A program made the position numbers and the translations under genes. Positions 15,101 through 57,368 of a DNA stretch of 64,000 nt are shown here, one piece after another. Source of the DNA: Bugula neritina (lineage: Eukaryota > Animalia > Bryozoa); NCBI GenBank assembly GCA_964035545.1, contig OZ037769.1:8475929-8539928 (forward strand), given 5' to 3'. A model generated the notes under the pieces. The model was not told the DNA's origin, made no database searches, and saw nothing but the letters and a program-made list of their open reading frames with translations. How positions within the stretch are numbered: the stretch's first letter is position 1; each line of letters opens with the position of its first letter.

Positions 15101-18100
15101 TTGCACATACATTTGACTAGCTGACTCTGCAAGGCGAGTGCATGTTGCACTTCTTTCAAGTAAGTGAGACAATGAGACCAGTTACTGTTCTAAGGCTTCA
15201 GCTTCCAGCAGCAGCAAGTGCTGTCAGATCGATAACAAAATATGTCAAGGAAGTTAACATTTCAAACATTGCCAGACACTGCTATTCAGACTAAACTGTT
15301 GATTTTTGGCAAAAAAGTAATACTGCTGATTGTTTTCACACATATGACACAAAGTAGAAACAATTGGGCATCTTTCAAATCCTGATAGCTGGAAACACGC
15401 CCCTCAACTGCCAAAAATGCAGTTGACCTCAGTTCAGAAGGCGCAAATGTGACCCAGGCAGAAAAGCACTTTGTGACAAAATTCACATTTTCAGTTAATG
15501 CTTGATTCTTATTTGCCTATTTATACTGATTGATTTGCAGTTTAAATTTTTGAAATCGGACTACTATTATAATATTGGTCCGATTTCAAAAATTTAAAGT
15601 GCAAATCAATCAGTATAAAGAGGCAAAGAAGAATTAAGCATTAACTAAAAATGTGAATTTTGTCACAAAGTGCTTTTCTGACTGCCTGGGTCACAAATGT
15701 TAAAGAAGTCAGCTCATCTGATTTACTAAGTTGTCTACAATTCTTCAGGACTGGACCCTTTATTTTTCCCGAACTATCTCAAGTGTACATCAACCCTGAC
15801 GATGTGGAGATATATCAGTCATCATTGTCATTCATGCACAAACCGTTTAATTTCTATCGATAAATACTTGGAAAAGTTTTTTGACTAGAACAGAGCAATC
15901 AGAACAATCGCCAGAATTCAAAAACACTTAAGCAAAATTCCCCAGTCAATTTCAAAATGCTAAACAAACTATTTTACAAATCATTCAAGCAGAATATTTC
16001 TCAAATTAGTTCAGCGCACTCAAGCCATCTCAGGCTTTAAAAAAATATAGTTGTCTGACAAAACTAGATACATCCCTAGACTCAAGAGTTTTACTCCACC
16101 TCTACATCAAGTTCATATTTAATCTAGCTTACTCTAGTCACATGGGTGATGTGTGGGAGCATTTGATTTGATCTGCCAAAACAATCTTTAGAGGAATAGG
16201 AAGGACACATTGTGCAAGGTTGAGCACCTCTCAGTTAAAAACCCTTCTACATGAGGCTACAACAATTATTAGCAGTAGACCTCGGGGAATCGTCTCTGAA
16301 AACAATCTACCACTCACCCCAACTATGCTTCTTACTATGAAATACCAACTCACTCTGCACCCTCTTCGTAAATTCTCTGACTCAGACCTTTACTCCCGCA
16401 AGCATTGGCGAGTCATTCAAAAGCAATTTGACCAATTCTGGCGTAATTACCGTAACAAGTTACTTCAGACATTTCAGATGTGACAGAGATGGACTAGGAA
16501 GACCCCTGAGGTGACTGTAGGTGACATCGTTCATGTCATAAAAGAAGCCGGTTTTCAAAATGAATAATCAATGACAATTATTGTATAAGTCTATGCAAAC
16601 TTTTTATTGATGAAACATGAGAATACACTTACCTAAGCAGACAGGGTTTTCCAAGATGGTATCTCCACATCCAATCATACAGACTTCTGAACTTGAACAG
16701 CTTCTACCATTGCAGTTTGACAGCTTAAAAACATAGATACATGCAACAATTACAGTTGACAATATTACAGTAAATCAGTATTAAACTAAAGATATACTTT
16801 ACATTTAAGAAATCTACATAAAACATTTTTTACACAACCTGTATTTTTGTTAGCAATTGTCCATTAATGGCTAAATTACATGATGTGTTTAACGATTTGC
16901 ATATCGTTCTTGAATCATACCAAACAGATAATAAAATAAACTTCTAGACCAGCTTTTATGCTAATTATTGTGCTTAATAATTTTAATTATTTAAGGAAAT
17001 ACCATATTAATCAGCAAGCTAAAGCCTTTTTAAATATGTAGTTTGCAGTCAATAGCCTATACTATAATTACTATGTTCCCAATATATTACTGGTAGCAGT
17101 TTTTTAACTGTGACTCAATAAGAAAAAATTCCAAATGATCTTCATAAAGCAAGCGCAATCTACTACGAAGTCAAATGGCATTTTCATCTATGAAATATTT
17201 CATGAAAATTTCCTCTCTCACCTCTCCTGTAGTCATCAATTCCATGAAATATCCATCGACCAAGTCACTTTTAGAAGATACATTCAAAGTGGAAGTGGCA
17301 CCATTTAACTCATAACACAATCCTAAAACAGCTATAATGAATTATAATAGATAGGAAATCACCCTAATGAGCTTCCAAGTATAACATAAAAATGAACAGA
17401 TAACCTGGTTTAACTGTTGTTAGAAAAGACTATAAGGTTGTAAAAGAGTGTCATGCGCGTTAGTTTGTTTTTGTATTTATTTATCCACAATATTTCACTC
17501 TATAACTTAAAATTCTTTGGTAATCGAGTACTAAATATTTTATTCAATGAAATGGTTTTACACTGAGATTGCATTGTTTCAGTCTGCAAACAATATATTT
17601 CACACAAATATTGTTTTTAAATCATCACTGAGACATTATATATTTATATTACAAGTTTATATTAAAATAATATTACATATATATCTTGGCTTATATCAGC
17701 TCAATGCAAATTAAAGATAACATGTTGGCTAGACTCCGATTACGGAGGATAAAGCCCAATGTAAATAATTGAACAATTACTGTGAGGCACACTCATAATG
17801 TCTTTTGGATCGGTAAAGATACATCTGAATGCAATGGAATTACTAGTAGAAATGACTGAATCGTGGTTTTGTAGAATTCTCACCCGACAATCCAATGGTC
17901 ACGTGTCAATTTTTTAAGTTTTATTCGGATTACAAAAGCTAATGTCATCTTGTTTAAATCTGTATTATTTTCATAATGTTACTCAAACTTTTTGATTCAT
18001 ATCATTACTTGCAGCAGTTTACATAATTTCTATTTTTCCCATTATGTTTCCAGGATACGATTCGATAGTCAATAAACTTAAGAACCTGTTGCCAAGTTGG

Positions 18101-19986
18101 CTAAGAGATGAAGTATATCACAATCTAAGTCACCCAGACACTGTCACAAACCTGATACAGTAATCATTATTGCAGTATCAGTATCTGTAAGTAGGTCTAT
18201 ATTCGTTGAACTTTAATTTGTGCCTAATTGAACAAAAAAATTGTATAATTAATGGCTATGCGTGAACCAAAAACTGATTTTTAAAAAACTATGTTTCAAA
18301 ATTGACAACTGTAGTTTGATGATTCAACTAGATTATTATGCATAATTAATTTCTAGTGTTTGAAATTTTTATTGCCACACTGTTTAAAGTCAGTTTATTA
18401 GTAACAAAATTATTATAGCATATGAAATTAACCTATAATCTATATTGGCTACTAAGATTTTGTGTTGGTCTAAAGGACATAAATATATGATAACTAAGGT
18501 GACAAAAGTTCAGACATTACTATTGCAACTGATCACAAACTTTTGCAACATTAGAAGATGAAATATGACTCTCTGAGGGACAAAGACTTCTGGTGTTTAC
18601 AAATTTCATTGTAAGTTGATTACAGCACAAACGATTGGTTAAAGCATCCATTGTTTAAATCACAATGACCAATATTTTTCCAATACTCATAGTTGCACTG
18701 TATGCAATATGGCATTCACGCGCCCACGTTGAATAATGGATGCTTGCATGACAAAAAATACAATATTTATCATATAGCTATTGACTTTAAAACAACCTAT
18801 AGTTGAATAATATTTCATAATATGAAACAACATTACTTTTGAGTGCAAACCTCAACATTGAGCAACATTGTTTAGTAATGCATGTAAGTAAGGCAAAAAA
18901 TTAATTACAAAAAACTTTTGCACCAAAATAATGAGTCTTTAAGCATTATTTAGATGCCCATTATTGCAAAGTTTTGCTGCAAGTATAAAAACAGCGAAGG
19001 TGCACTTAAGGTTTGTGCAAAAGTGTAAACACATGTATATGTATTTAGAAATATGCAATTTCGCTTAAAGACAAATGCAACAAGCTACCATGTGTAGTGT
19101 GAAACATTTGCATTCTATAGACAGGCATTCTATATTAATTAAGTGGCTGTAAAGAGAAATATTTAAATTTTATCAACTTATATCTTGAACAAAATCACTT
19201 TATTTGTATTGTACAAAATATTTCTTTTACCAATATAGCTTCTAATTTCTAAACAATTTATTACAACTGTTATCGTTTACCTGCATTGCTTTTAAAAATA
19301 GCATTGCATTCCAAAGGAAAATTTCTCCAGCAGTTGACTAAACACTCTGTAAGACTTCTGGTTGATGATTTTCGGGTTATAAGAGAGCTCTTAGGGTTGA
19401 GGTACTGGCCTTTTGATACACTGACAGAGTCTCCACAGTCTGGTAAATCTACAAAATATGTAACACATGGTCATGGTTGAATTAATATTTATTTCAGCTT
19501 CAGTCTATGAGTTTTCTTCAGTTTTAGCATGTATATTATACTGGTATATGCAATAAACTTATATGAAAAGCCTCAGTGGAATAATCATTCAATAGGTTGC
19601 CACATAATATTTATTGCTTAAACATTTTTAACAGCACTCTTTTTCACTCCAAATAATATATATAGATATTTTTAGAGTGAAAAAGTGTGATGTTGATTCA
19701 TCTCTCAGTGCATATAATCTCCTGGGAAGTGATCATTTATTCAAGTAGGCTCTGTATGGTCTGAATGATACAAAAGTAAAATCAATGAATATACATAATA
19801 CAATTATATATAAAAACAAAATCTAAATTTTAAAGCTCAAACTTCAAAGCTCAAAGCTTCATAATTTTTCTGATAACCACAACAGTTATTTATAATGAAG
19901 GAAACACACTTACCTAGTATACTCGGCATAGCTAACTGGAATGATGAACAAAACCAAATGATGAACAGCATACGTTTTAGCTTCAT
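3128..19986 (-). CDS. Secreted PAN/Apple + Cys-rich + CTHRC1-C-terminal-domain protein, 7 coding exons, ~303 aa, no collagen Gly-X-Y segment
   Basis: GT-AG exons with matching phases: 19914-19986 (MKLKRMLFIIWFCSSFQLAMPSIL, signal peptide); 19281-19448 and 17222-17322 (DCG...ECLVNCWRNFPLECNAIFKSNAGLCYELN, PAN-type Cys spacing); 16633-16723 (CNGRSCSSSEVCMIGC..PVCL); 4040-4140; 3599-3797; 3128/3151-3306. The last three give NIRHYWSTDFEDQTDIGSVMIATYPKSRADSGLRV..FCHHWYLTFDGNKCANPDTIE..LHRAIDIDGTCYGL..GPCDGY..DAHSGWNSARTMLIMEM, matching the CTHRC1 C-domain pattern (WYFTFNGAEC / GLCEG / DASTGWNSVS). The 3' end is either the read-through stop at 3128 or splicing at a donor at 3150. Confidence 0.85.
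4292..9705 (-). mobile_element. Degenerate Ty3/Gypsy LTR retrotransposon (family A) in the 12.5-kb intron of the CTHRC1-domain gene
   Basis: Diverged LTRs 4292-4558 and 9383-9705; degenerate tRNA-Leu-type PBS 9364-9381. Fragments of protease (LLDTGCSTNL), RT (IYLNDII, LKLKPSKC), RNase H and integrase (VDLVGP, tail RRTNRPPRYLADY). Gag is mostly deleted, with many stops and frameshifts and no TSD. Confidence 0.93.
4560..5396 (-). pseudogene. Decayed third ORF (zinc-finger accessory gene) of Gypsy family A
   Basis: Frame at ~4612-4780 reads CGESGNRICRQCQRKFSSTRRLCVHAPQHFVNVF/(frameshift)CPFDKYSY*HDYMLRHQHIPHC, aligning with the double finger of family B ORF3. The upstream part is the 5010-5489 ORF. 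Confidence 0.7.
11200..16570 (+). mobile_element. Highly degenerate BEL/Pao LTR retrotransposon
   Basis: BEL motifs across broken frames: YDCAVKVGGVSLNDFLLQGPN, DIEELFHQ, VHLFGA, ERSLGV, FDPRGLITPF, QLHAFANA, HEATTIISSRP, PLTPTMLL, KHWRVIQKQFDQFW, VGDIV. LTR ends not resolved. Confidence 0.88.
15449..15694. mobile_element. Palindromic MITE (246 bp) with 4-bp AAAT TSD nested in BEL pol
   Basis: GTGACCCAGGCAG...CTGCCTGGGTCAC with ~115-bp arms pairing over nearly their whole length. Removing it restores the BEL reading GGC GCA AAT GTT AAA. Confidence 0.85.
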
Positions 19987-21839
19987 CCTAAAATGAGTCG
20001 AAGATATTTTAGGTTATGTTTTTCACAACTTGGAGTTCAAATATTTTATATAGATAATTGCTTAGACTGTAATACTTCTAAATATGTAGATAATATTGTT
20101 TAATTATATTGCATAAACATAGTAACATAAGTAGAGTTCTAAAAATGGAGTTTATATGGAGTTTATAGAGTAACTGAATTTATTTTTAGCTGAAATATGT
20201 ATGTGTAAAAAAATCTAGTGTGTACAATTGAGCATAACTTTTTTCATCTGGTTGTGCTTGATTTATTTATTGTAAGTTGTTTAAATAGGTATTTGTTTTG
20301 GATATCGAAGTAATTTATAATTGAAAGAGTTTATATAAAATTATATAGATTGAATTATTACTGCTATGGTATAACGTAACGATACTCAAGATTTTTTAGT
20401 TTATTTTTGCGCAATTACCTGCAATCTACTTAATATTTAGTTTTATATTATCAGCAAAAACGGACCTTCATTCAACAAATCTTCCAATTGTTTTTTTAAT
20501 TTGTAATAAAAAGAATACAAGATATATAAAAAAAGGAACTTAATATTTTACTTTAAACAAGTATCAGTATTTAGTTTAGCATCTTTAATAATGTAACTGT
20601 TTTTGGCAGAAACTCGCTTGGTAATTTTTTTTTGTTATTTTGAAAATAAAACAATCATAAAATACTAGGCAAAAATGAAACAATTAAATCAACATCATTC
20701 AATCTTTGGTTTTCTATACTTTATGAAAATTTAAATGTTTTACAAAATATATAACTTTCTACATGACCAAGAATGTAACAAAATGATTGTTTAACATATT
20801 TGTCGTGTATTTCTATAACCAAAATGCAACAAAAACTAATTATAAACAAATATTATTCAACAAAGTTTTTGATAATAAAATAATTACTTAAACAAAAATT
20901 TTACATAGAAATCGCTGGATAAATTATAAAGGTGCAGTGACATACCTGACAGTTGACCAAAAGAGAAAGCAGACAAGAACTGGTTTAATGTGTGTAGACC
21001 AACCGCAAGCACCCTCACCAAAAAACTGCAACTTAAATATTGATTTCTATTTGCTGTCATAATTTTAATATTTATTGATTGTTTGCATATGATATGATAG
21101 AATTGCCCCCAAGGTGTAATGTTACCATAACAAATCATTTATATATACATATCAAATGTTTTACATTTTACAAATTGCGCCATAGCTTACAAGTTTTTGT
21201 GCTATAGTATAATTGTAGTAATAATGCTTTATTTTGAAGAGTGTATAGGAACTTTTTCTCAGTGACTATATCTAATGTATTTTAAACATCTATATACTCG
21301 ATCACTAACCACGAATATTTTAATAATTATCACAAAACACCTGATTTAATCTTAGTATTATATATAGGATCTGCTCTCACAAGCTATTGAATGCATTGTT
21401 AAATTGTAGAATTTTGGCCTAATTTAAAATTGGAAGTCATATACATGCACTATGTGTATTAGGCTCTCAGTGATTGTGTTTGCCAAACTCAATAATATAA
21501 GTCACATTGTGTTGTCTGATTCCTGAACTTGTAGTAATTATAGCTAATATATTCTAATTATTTCAACTGTAACTGCTTCAAATAAACGGTTATAGTGTTT
21601 CTCCATTAATTGAAAAGTTAATACAAAACCATATGTATAAAGCAACTATTTTTATCCGATGAGCTGCCCAATAACATAAAATGAATACATGTATGTAGTG
21701 AATTTATTTATTTTTCCTAGAATAAATTAAATTTTACAGTAAGTGGTTGTCTATAAAATAAGAATGAACTAGCAACTTTCTACAATATCATGTTTTCCAA
21801 AACTCTGTCCTTGCATTATATAAAATAGTATAATTTATA

Positions 21840-23845
21840 GTTCCCGATTTTTACTTACAGCTATAGGTACAATCTAAACTTAATACAATACAAATTTAAA
21901 CAAATTTATAATCAGACACTAAAGAATTAAATATCATGTACATCATAATTTGATACAGCTTTACGGCTTTAAAAATATATTATGAAGCCAACATATATTA
22001 TATACTTTTATTATTTTGCAATAGTTTGTTAACGAGAGCTCATAATATCATTTTACACATATGATGTACTTTACAGTTATCAGGCTCAGGGAATGTACTA
22101 TTTTTAATCATTTATGTCACACCTGTACTCATAGACATTGTTCATTTGTATACAAAAAATTTTTTTATCTATATTTTAGTAGTGTACATTTTAGCATACC
22201 TCTCAAGTACACTTATACAATAATTATAAACTACTTCTGCTTTAAATGGTGCATATAATTCAACTTTGAATAGCAGAAATATTTTGTTTGGTGTGATTAT
22301 AAATAAAAACTGTTTGTAGAAAGAATTCTCTAAATTTTAGATTAAAAATAAGTGCTGGAAAGTGACTATAATATATTGTTAAATCAAAGTGAGCATGTTT
22401 AAATTAAAATGTCGGCAAAAAATAATGCAAATTGTGGAAACTATATATTTTCATTAATTATTTATAGCGTATACACTGTGAAGTGTGAACATTATAATTA
22501 CAAAAAAACATGGAATAACATGATACTAGCATGTTGTTAAAATAAACCTAAACTATTTTTTCCTTCATTCTACTATTTTCCTCCAACTATCCGGAGTATG
22601 CATAAATGTTTTAACAACATAACTTTTGCAAAAGATTGCATAGGCATGCATAAGTATTAGCTTTCACCTTTTACTGCCATGTCCTGACAACATAGTGGGT
22701 TATATGCATTATATAATATAGTATGATTGATAGTTTCTGATTTTCACTTACAGCTAGGTACAAACTAAACTTAATACAATACAAATTTAAACAAATTTAT
22801 AATCAGACACTACAGAACTAAATACCATGTACATCATAATTTGCTACAACTTTACGGCTCTAAAAATATATTATGAGGCCTACATATATTATATACTTTT
22901 ATTATTTTGCAATAGTTTGTTAACGAGAGCTCATAATATCATTTTACATATGATGTACTTTTGTTGTCTTCAGGCTCAACAAAGTGGCTTGTACTTTCTT
23001 TTTTAACGAAGAGTTAGATATAAATAGCATTTGTAAAGTCTTGGTGTTAAACATGATCTCTGTAAACTGTCATGTTTTAGCAGGGTTTAACACCATAGTG
23101 ACAGTTATTGATTTTCTGTGTAAAACTGGATGCGGGTATTCTGATACATCTTCTTTTGGGAGTTGAAAATTTAAGTTGTGCATAATTAAAATACTAATAA
23201 TAAATAACACTATCACATAAAATGTATAGAATTCTTTCTACAAACAGTTTTTATTTATAATCACACCAAACAAAATATTTCGTTTATTCAAAGTTAAATT
23301 ATATGCACCATTTAAAGCAGAAGTAATATATAATTCATGTATGATGAAGATTTTACCCAAGTGCAAGTGCACATAATTTGATTCAGGCTACAACAGTGGG
23401 TAAAAAGTCATGTTAGTTTCTAGAGAATAATATATTTTACCCAGCACAACATAAACCTTATTATATAAAATAAAAAGAAAAAATGTCTTGTTATACTTTG
23501 TTTTTCGTTTACATCAAACCTTTTATAGTAAATTTGTTCACAAAAATAATGCTACAACTGCATTTGCTTAATAATAATTAGTATATCGGCTGTATATATT
23601 AACACTTTTTGCAATGCGATGAAATCCAGTTACATTATAGTTGAAAATTGGGTGTGACACTGAGATGAGCACATGAGCTATTTAGAGGCTTTACCCTGAT
23701 AAGTGTACTTGAGAGGTATGCTAAAATACACTACTGAAATATGAATAAAAAAAGTTTTGTATACAAATGAACAATGTCTATGAGTACAGCTGTGACATGA
23801 ATGATAAAAATAGTACATTCCCCAAGCCTAATAATTGTAAAGATG
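21840..23845. repeat. Local complex duplication with direct and inverted copies
   Basis: ~21845-22075 is repeated directly at ~22738-22960; ~22066-22217 is inverted at ~23699-23843; ~22232-22330 is inverted at ~23227-23325. Confidence 0.85.
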
Positions 23846-25656
23846 CCACGACCAATCTCCACAAAAACTACTGTAAACAATCAATTGTGCAATGTTAGCA
23901 CAAATTATACTGAGTTTACCATACAATCACTGCAACTATACTTAGAATCTGCTCTTCCCCATTTCACGTAATGTATTGATATAAAATTTTTAATTTGACT
24001 AATTCAAAGATTTTAATGCAAATATATTTAATGACTGATACTGTAAATTTTAAAAAACAATTCTGTACATCTTTGTATATTCACCTTTATGAAGTTATTT
24101 TTTCATGATATAATTTCAAATGGAGCCGGTAGAGTAGTTCATGCAGCCTGCTTAAGTTTTAGGATCAGTATTTCGATTTGTTTAATTTGTTTTGTTCTGT
24201 TCTAATATTGACAGTCGCCAATGAAAAATGATATTTGAAGGAACTATTGATTTTCATTTTAAAAAAAGTTTATTGTTAATAATTCAACCCTGTTTACTGT
24301 GAGCAACAACTATGGTACCAAGTGTCATAAACATACAAGTGAAGAAATCAGGGTACTTAAAAGTTCCCAAAACACAGGTTTTAATTTTAAAAGGGGGCAA
24401 TTTATCTTGCATTGGAGAATGTATACTGGCATAGTAACTAAAGTAAAATAAATAATCCAATCTAATGCTCTACTATACATGTGATGTGAGCTCACGACTA
24501 TCAATATTCATGTATCTGTCTAAAAAATTACCTTGTGGTAGGAATGAGATTTTAGCATAATAATGCATGCTTCATGTCTTATGCTGTGTAAAAAATTTCT
24601 TCTGAAAAATGTTTGTATCAATCAGGCTATCCTTGTATAAAATAGTAATCAGCATATAAAATAGAATATAACTAAATCAGCTGAATATATTTTTAAATTT
24701 CTTAAATCACTGTAATACATTTAGAAAATATTCTTTTTTTAAAGCAGCGCGAAGCTATGCAGGGCAATGCAGAGCAATGCAGGGCAGTGTAGTGCAAGTA
24801 TTTTATTAATTATTATTTAATCTAATCAAGTTACTCAACAATTGCACTTGCAAGCAAGCAAGATATTTACTAATCGCCATCTTTCACACTATAAATATCA
24901 GAGTTAATAGTTTGATGAGCTCCACAAGCAGTCAGCCTGAGCCTAGTGTCCGAATACTTGTTTTCAGAAACGGTGTTGAGGAGTGAGAGGAAATCTTACT
25001 TCTCAACACCTTTTTCACTATTTCACTTAAAGCCCATTTTGTTAACATTTCAGATTTCCACTGCTACATCTTTCGGTTGCAAGTTAAATTGCTAAAATAG
25101 TTGTAAGATAATATTCGAAAAATAATTTTAGTATTGAATTTTTTAAATCCAAATTTGTTAGTTTCACATTAGCAGGATCATGCAGAATCTCTGCTTCGAT
25201 AAATTTCAAGAGTATCAGAATAAAAATGAAAGTGTACTTTTTTGCATGTATGATTTCTTCATGCTTTATATACTGATAAAAAATGTAAACTCCAGGGCTA
25301 ACTGAACTGAATATGTATACACGTTTGGTCTCGCCCACAATTTGTTTGTTAATTTTTCACTTTCTCTAGAAATTGATAATTCAAGTGAGTAGTTTACTTT
25401 TGCATTTTCATCAAAACCCCTACTCATAACTATCAATGTTGTATTAGCTATGGAAAACACAAGCCACTTAATACTTGATTGCAATTGATTAAGTATATAT
25501 TTTTGATATGCTTTAAAATATTATTGGTAAATAACTTATGAACTTCTTTCAGCCTTTGTGCTAAAATCATATTTACCTATTTCTTCAAAATTTTGACTAT
25601 AAAGCGTTATTTTATACTATTTTTAGAATTCTTAAATCCATTTGACTGCCTTTCGA

Positions 25657-26226
25657 CAATTTCCAATAAATTAGAAGTTTCTCACCATGGTCAAATCCTT
25701 ATTATTTTTGTGTATCTTAAAACAACTGATGCATTTTTTGTATGATTATTTTTGCAAGCTGATATGTAACTTGTAGTGATAGAGGTGCCAAGTATGGAAT
25801 GTTCATTTGTACCCACAATGCAATTGAGAAGAATAAAGCTGAACAGAAAGTCGATTTCTATAGTAGAGTTCTGATCGCCATGCATACTGAGACGTTCTCA
25901 ATTTTTCACCAGACTGGCAAGGAATATGTTCTTTTGTATATAGTATATTTAATATGCGACACACATGTGTTACAGGGTTTTTTTGTTGAATAATGCTCAG
26001 CAAATTTGAGTTGAAAAAAATTAAAATAAAAATATCTAAGCTTTCTTCATCTTATATTATGTAGTGACTATAAAATAAACTAATGGGTAGTGAATTTTTT
26101 TTTAATTGTTGAAATTTATGCAGCAGTTTTATGTTACAGGCAAGTTATGTGAAACTGTATGAGCTTTTGGCAAATTATCTTAAAAGTTTTGACAGACACC
26201 AGAGTCTAGCTAAAATAATCAGATAA
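25657..26226 (+). pseudogene. Relic 3' end (last two D2 exons plus intron sequence) of a paralogous RPTP gene
   Basis: Similar to 56777-57330. Exon from 25777 reads DRGAKYGMFICTHNAIEKNKAEQKVDFYSRVLIA, followed by a frameshifting insertion and a GT>GC donor. Exon 26140-26226 reads ASYVKLYELLANYLKSF..*. Confidence 0.88.
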
Positions 26227-27539
26227 GGAAGCATGATTGAATAGTCCAAAATTATTTTTGCTCTTACACTTCATAACTATTGCATTATGAAATGTTGGTA
26301 TACACTATACAGGCTTTCAAAGAAAAAGCCATAGAAATATTACCATTGATTAGCTAATGTTATTTTTATTACTAAAATTACATTTTATTACTCTATTGTA
26401 TAACATTATACTCTGTATAATTATTAATAAATATAGTTATTCTCGATCCTACAAAACAGTGTTTACTTTATAATTCAGAATTCTTCCTTTTACATCTTTC
26501 TACATTTCATTATTATATATTTTTTACTCAGTTACAACACAAATATTTAACAAAGTATTTTGAATATATTTCATAGCCAACTTGAAAACCTCATTATAAA
26601 AGCTCTTTTGTGCTAAAGAATGCTTGCTTTAACATGTACTTGGCTTTCATCTTTTCAATGTTCTTTTGTTGTACACTAAACACTAGCACAGTCCTATACA
26701 CCCATGTGTGAAATTTAACCCTTTCTATACATTCACTTTTATTTCAGTCAATAGCTTATTTTGCACTTAGCTAATAAGCTAGAGTTGCCTCACTACAAAC
26801 CTGCCATATACACTATCATTGCAAGCTTTAGGAGTTGTATAGGCTGCATTAACTTTTGTATTGCTTACATATTAGCTGAGCTATAAGTACATTAAATGCA
26901 TTTATAGCTTTTTTAATAGTTTAGAAGCTTGCAAGGCTAAGTATTTTCTGCAACCAATACAACCACATTCATGCACCTCAGATAGTATATTTCATTTACT
27001 TTTCTCTATTTCACAGCATGTTGTAACTTCTCCAATAATACACATACTTTCATATAATTACTATTGGACATTGAACACTGTCTTAATAATAGTAATTAAT
27101 AAATTATTTTTTTATAGTTGGCAGTTCATAACTTCTAATCTAAAGCAGATGAATTCCTTATATAGTTGCGTCACTACTTCTCTCAACATGAACAATAGTC
27201 ATGGAATTATTCTTATATGCAGTACTTTCCAACTTCCGTCATGTGTTAGCTAATAAGTAAACCTGTTTATATTTACCTTAGCTTTCAGCTTTTGTTTGAT
27301 TATTATTTACAACATTTTTATGCTGTCGTTCCTTATGCTATAAATATAAATCAGTCATTATGTCTATGTCTATTTAGAATAATTGCAACATTTATCAATA
27401 TACATATAATACCACTGTCACAACTTTACGGAAGCAGTGCTCTTTTAGACTACCTATGATATCATTAGAGTTCTACAGTAGATAATAAAGAACTAGAACT
27501 ATAAAACAAAGCTCTTGTGTGGTATATAAATAAATTGTA

Positions 27540-27840
27540 TGGTGTCAGGAGTTCAAAATTCTGAGCTGAATATAGAAGTAAAATGGCTACTGGAGCTACA
27601 GGTATATGCCACCAGATGGCTTGGATTTTAGTAGAGATAAAGAAATGTGGAGTAACTGGGTCAAGAGACTCAATAGATATAGCAGAGCCTCACAGCTGAG
27701 TAAGAGAGAGGAGAAAGTGCAGGTAGACACTTTATTATATTTAATGGGAGAAAAAGCTGAGACAGTATTTGAGCAGTTGGTGTTTACGACAAGAAGTCAC
27801 CTGATATTTCTGAGCATGTAGTTGAACAATTTGAAAAATA
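27540..27840 (+). mobile_element. Truncated 5' end (PBS + gag start) of a third Gypsy family
   Basis: PBS TGGTGTCAGGAGT (tRNA-Leu type) at 27540, followed by the gag-type peptide PPDGLDFS..WSNWVKRLNRYSRASQL..EKVQVDTLLYLMGEKAETVF. Confidence 0.75.
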
Positions 27841-28116
27841 GCCAAGCCGCTAAGAATTATTTGCATTATGAGTCACCTCTGTTACACTTATAGAATCCTA
27901 TTAACTAGGAAGCTACTTGAAACAGCATACTTTAAACCTTTCATAACAAAACTACTGAATAAAGCTGCCAATCAGTTTCAAGACTAAGGATAACACATGT
28001 ATGCCTTAATACAAAAGGTGTTTTGTAAGCTGTGAGTAAAAAGTAAATTTAGTCATAAAGCTGTTAGCGCTTCTCAATGTAGGTCAGGCTTATAACTAAC
28101 GTGTCTCAACAAAGAT

Positions 28117-57368
<29,252 letters not shown>

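Noticed and set aside
18053-18186. Exon-like segment antisense to the CTHRC1-domain gene
   Set aside because: Good splice signals, but the most plausible frame has a stop, and no partner exons or homology were found.
24900-25484. Possible degenerate transposase on the minus strand
   Set aside because: Only a faint FYSDTLEI resemblance amid stops; not supportable without a search.
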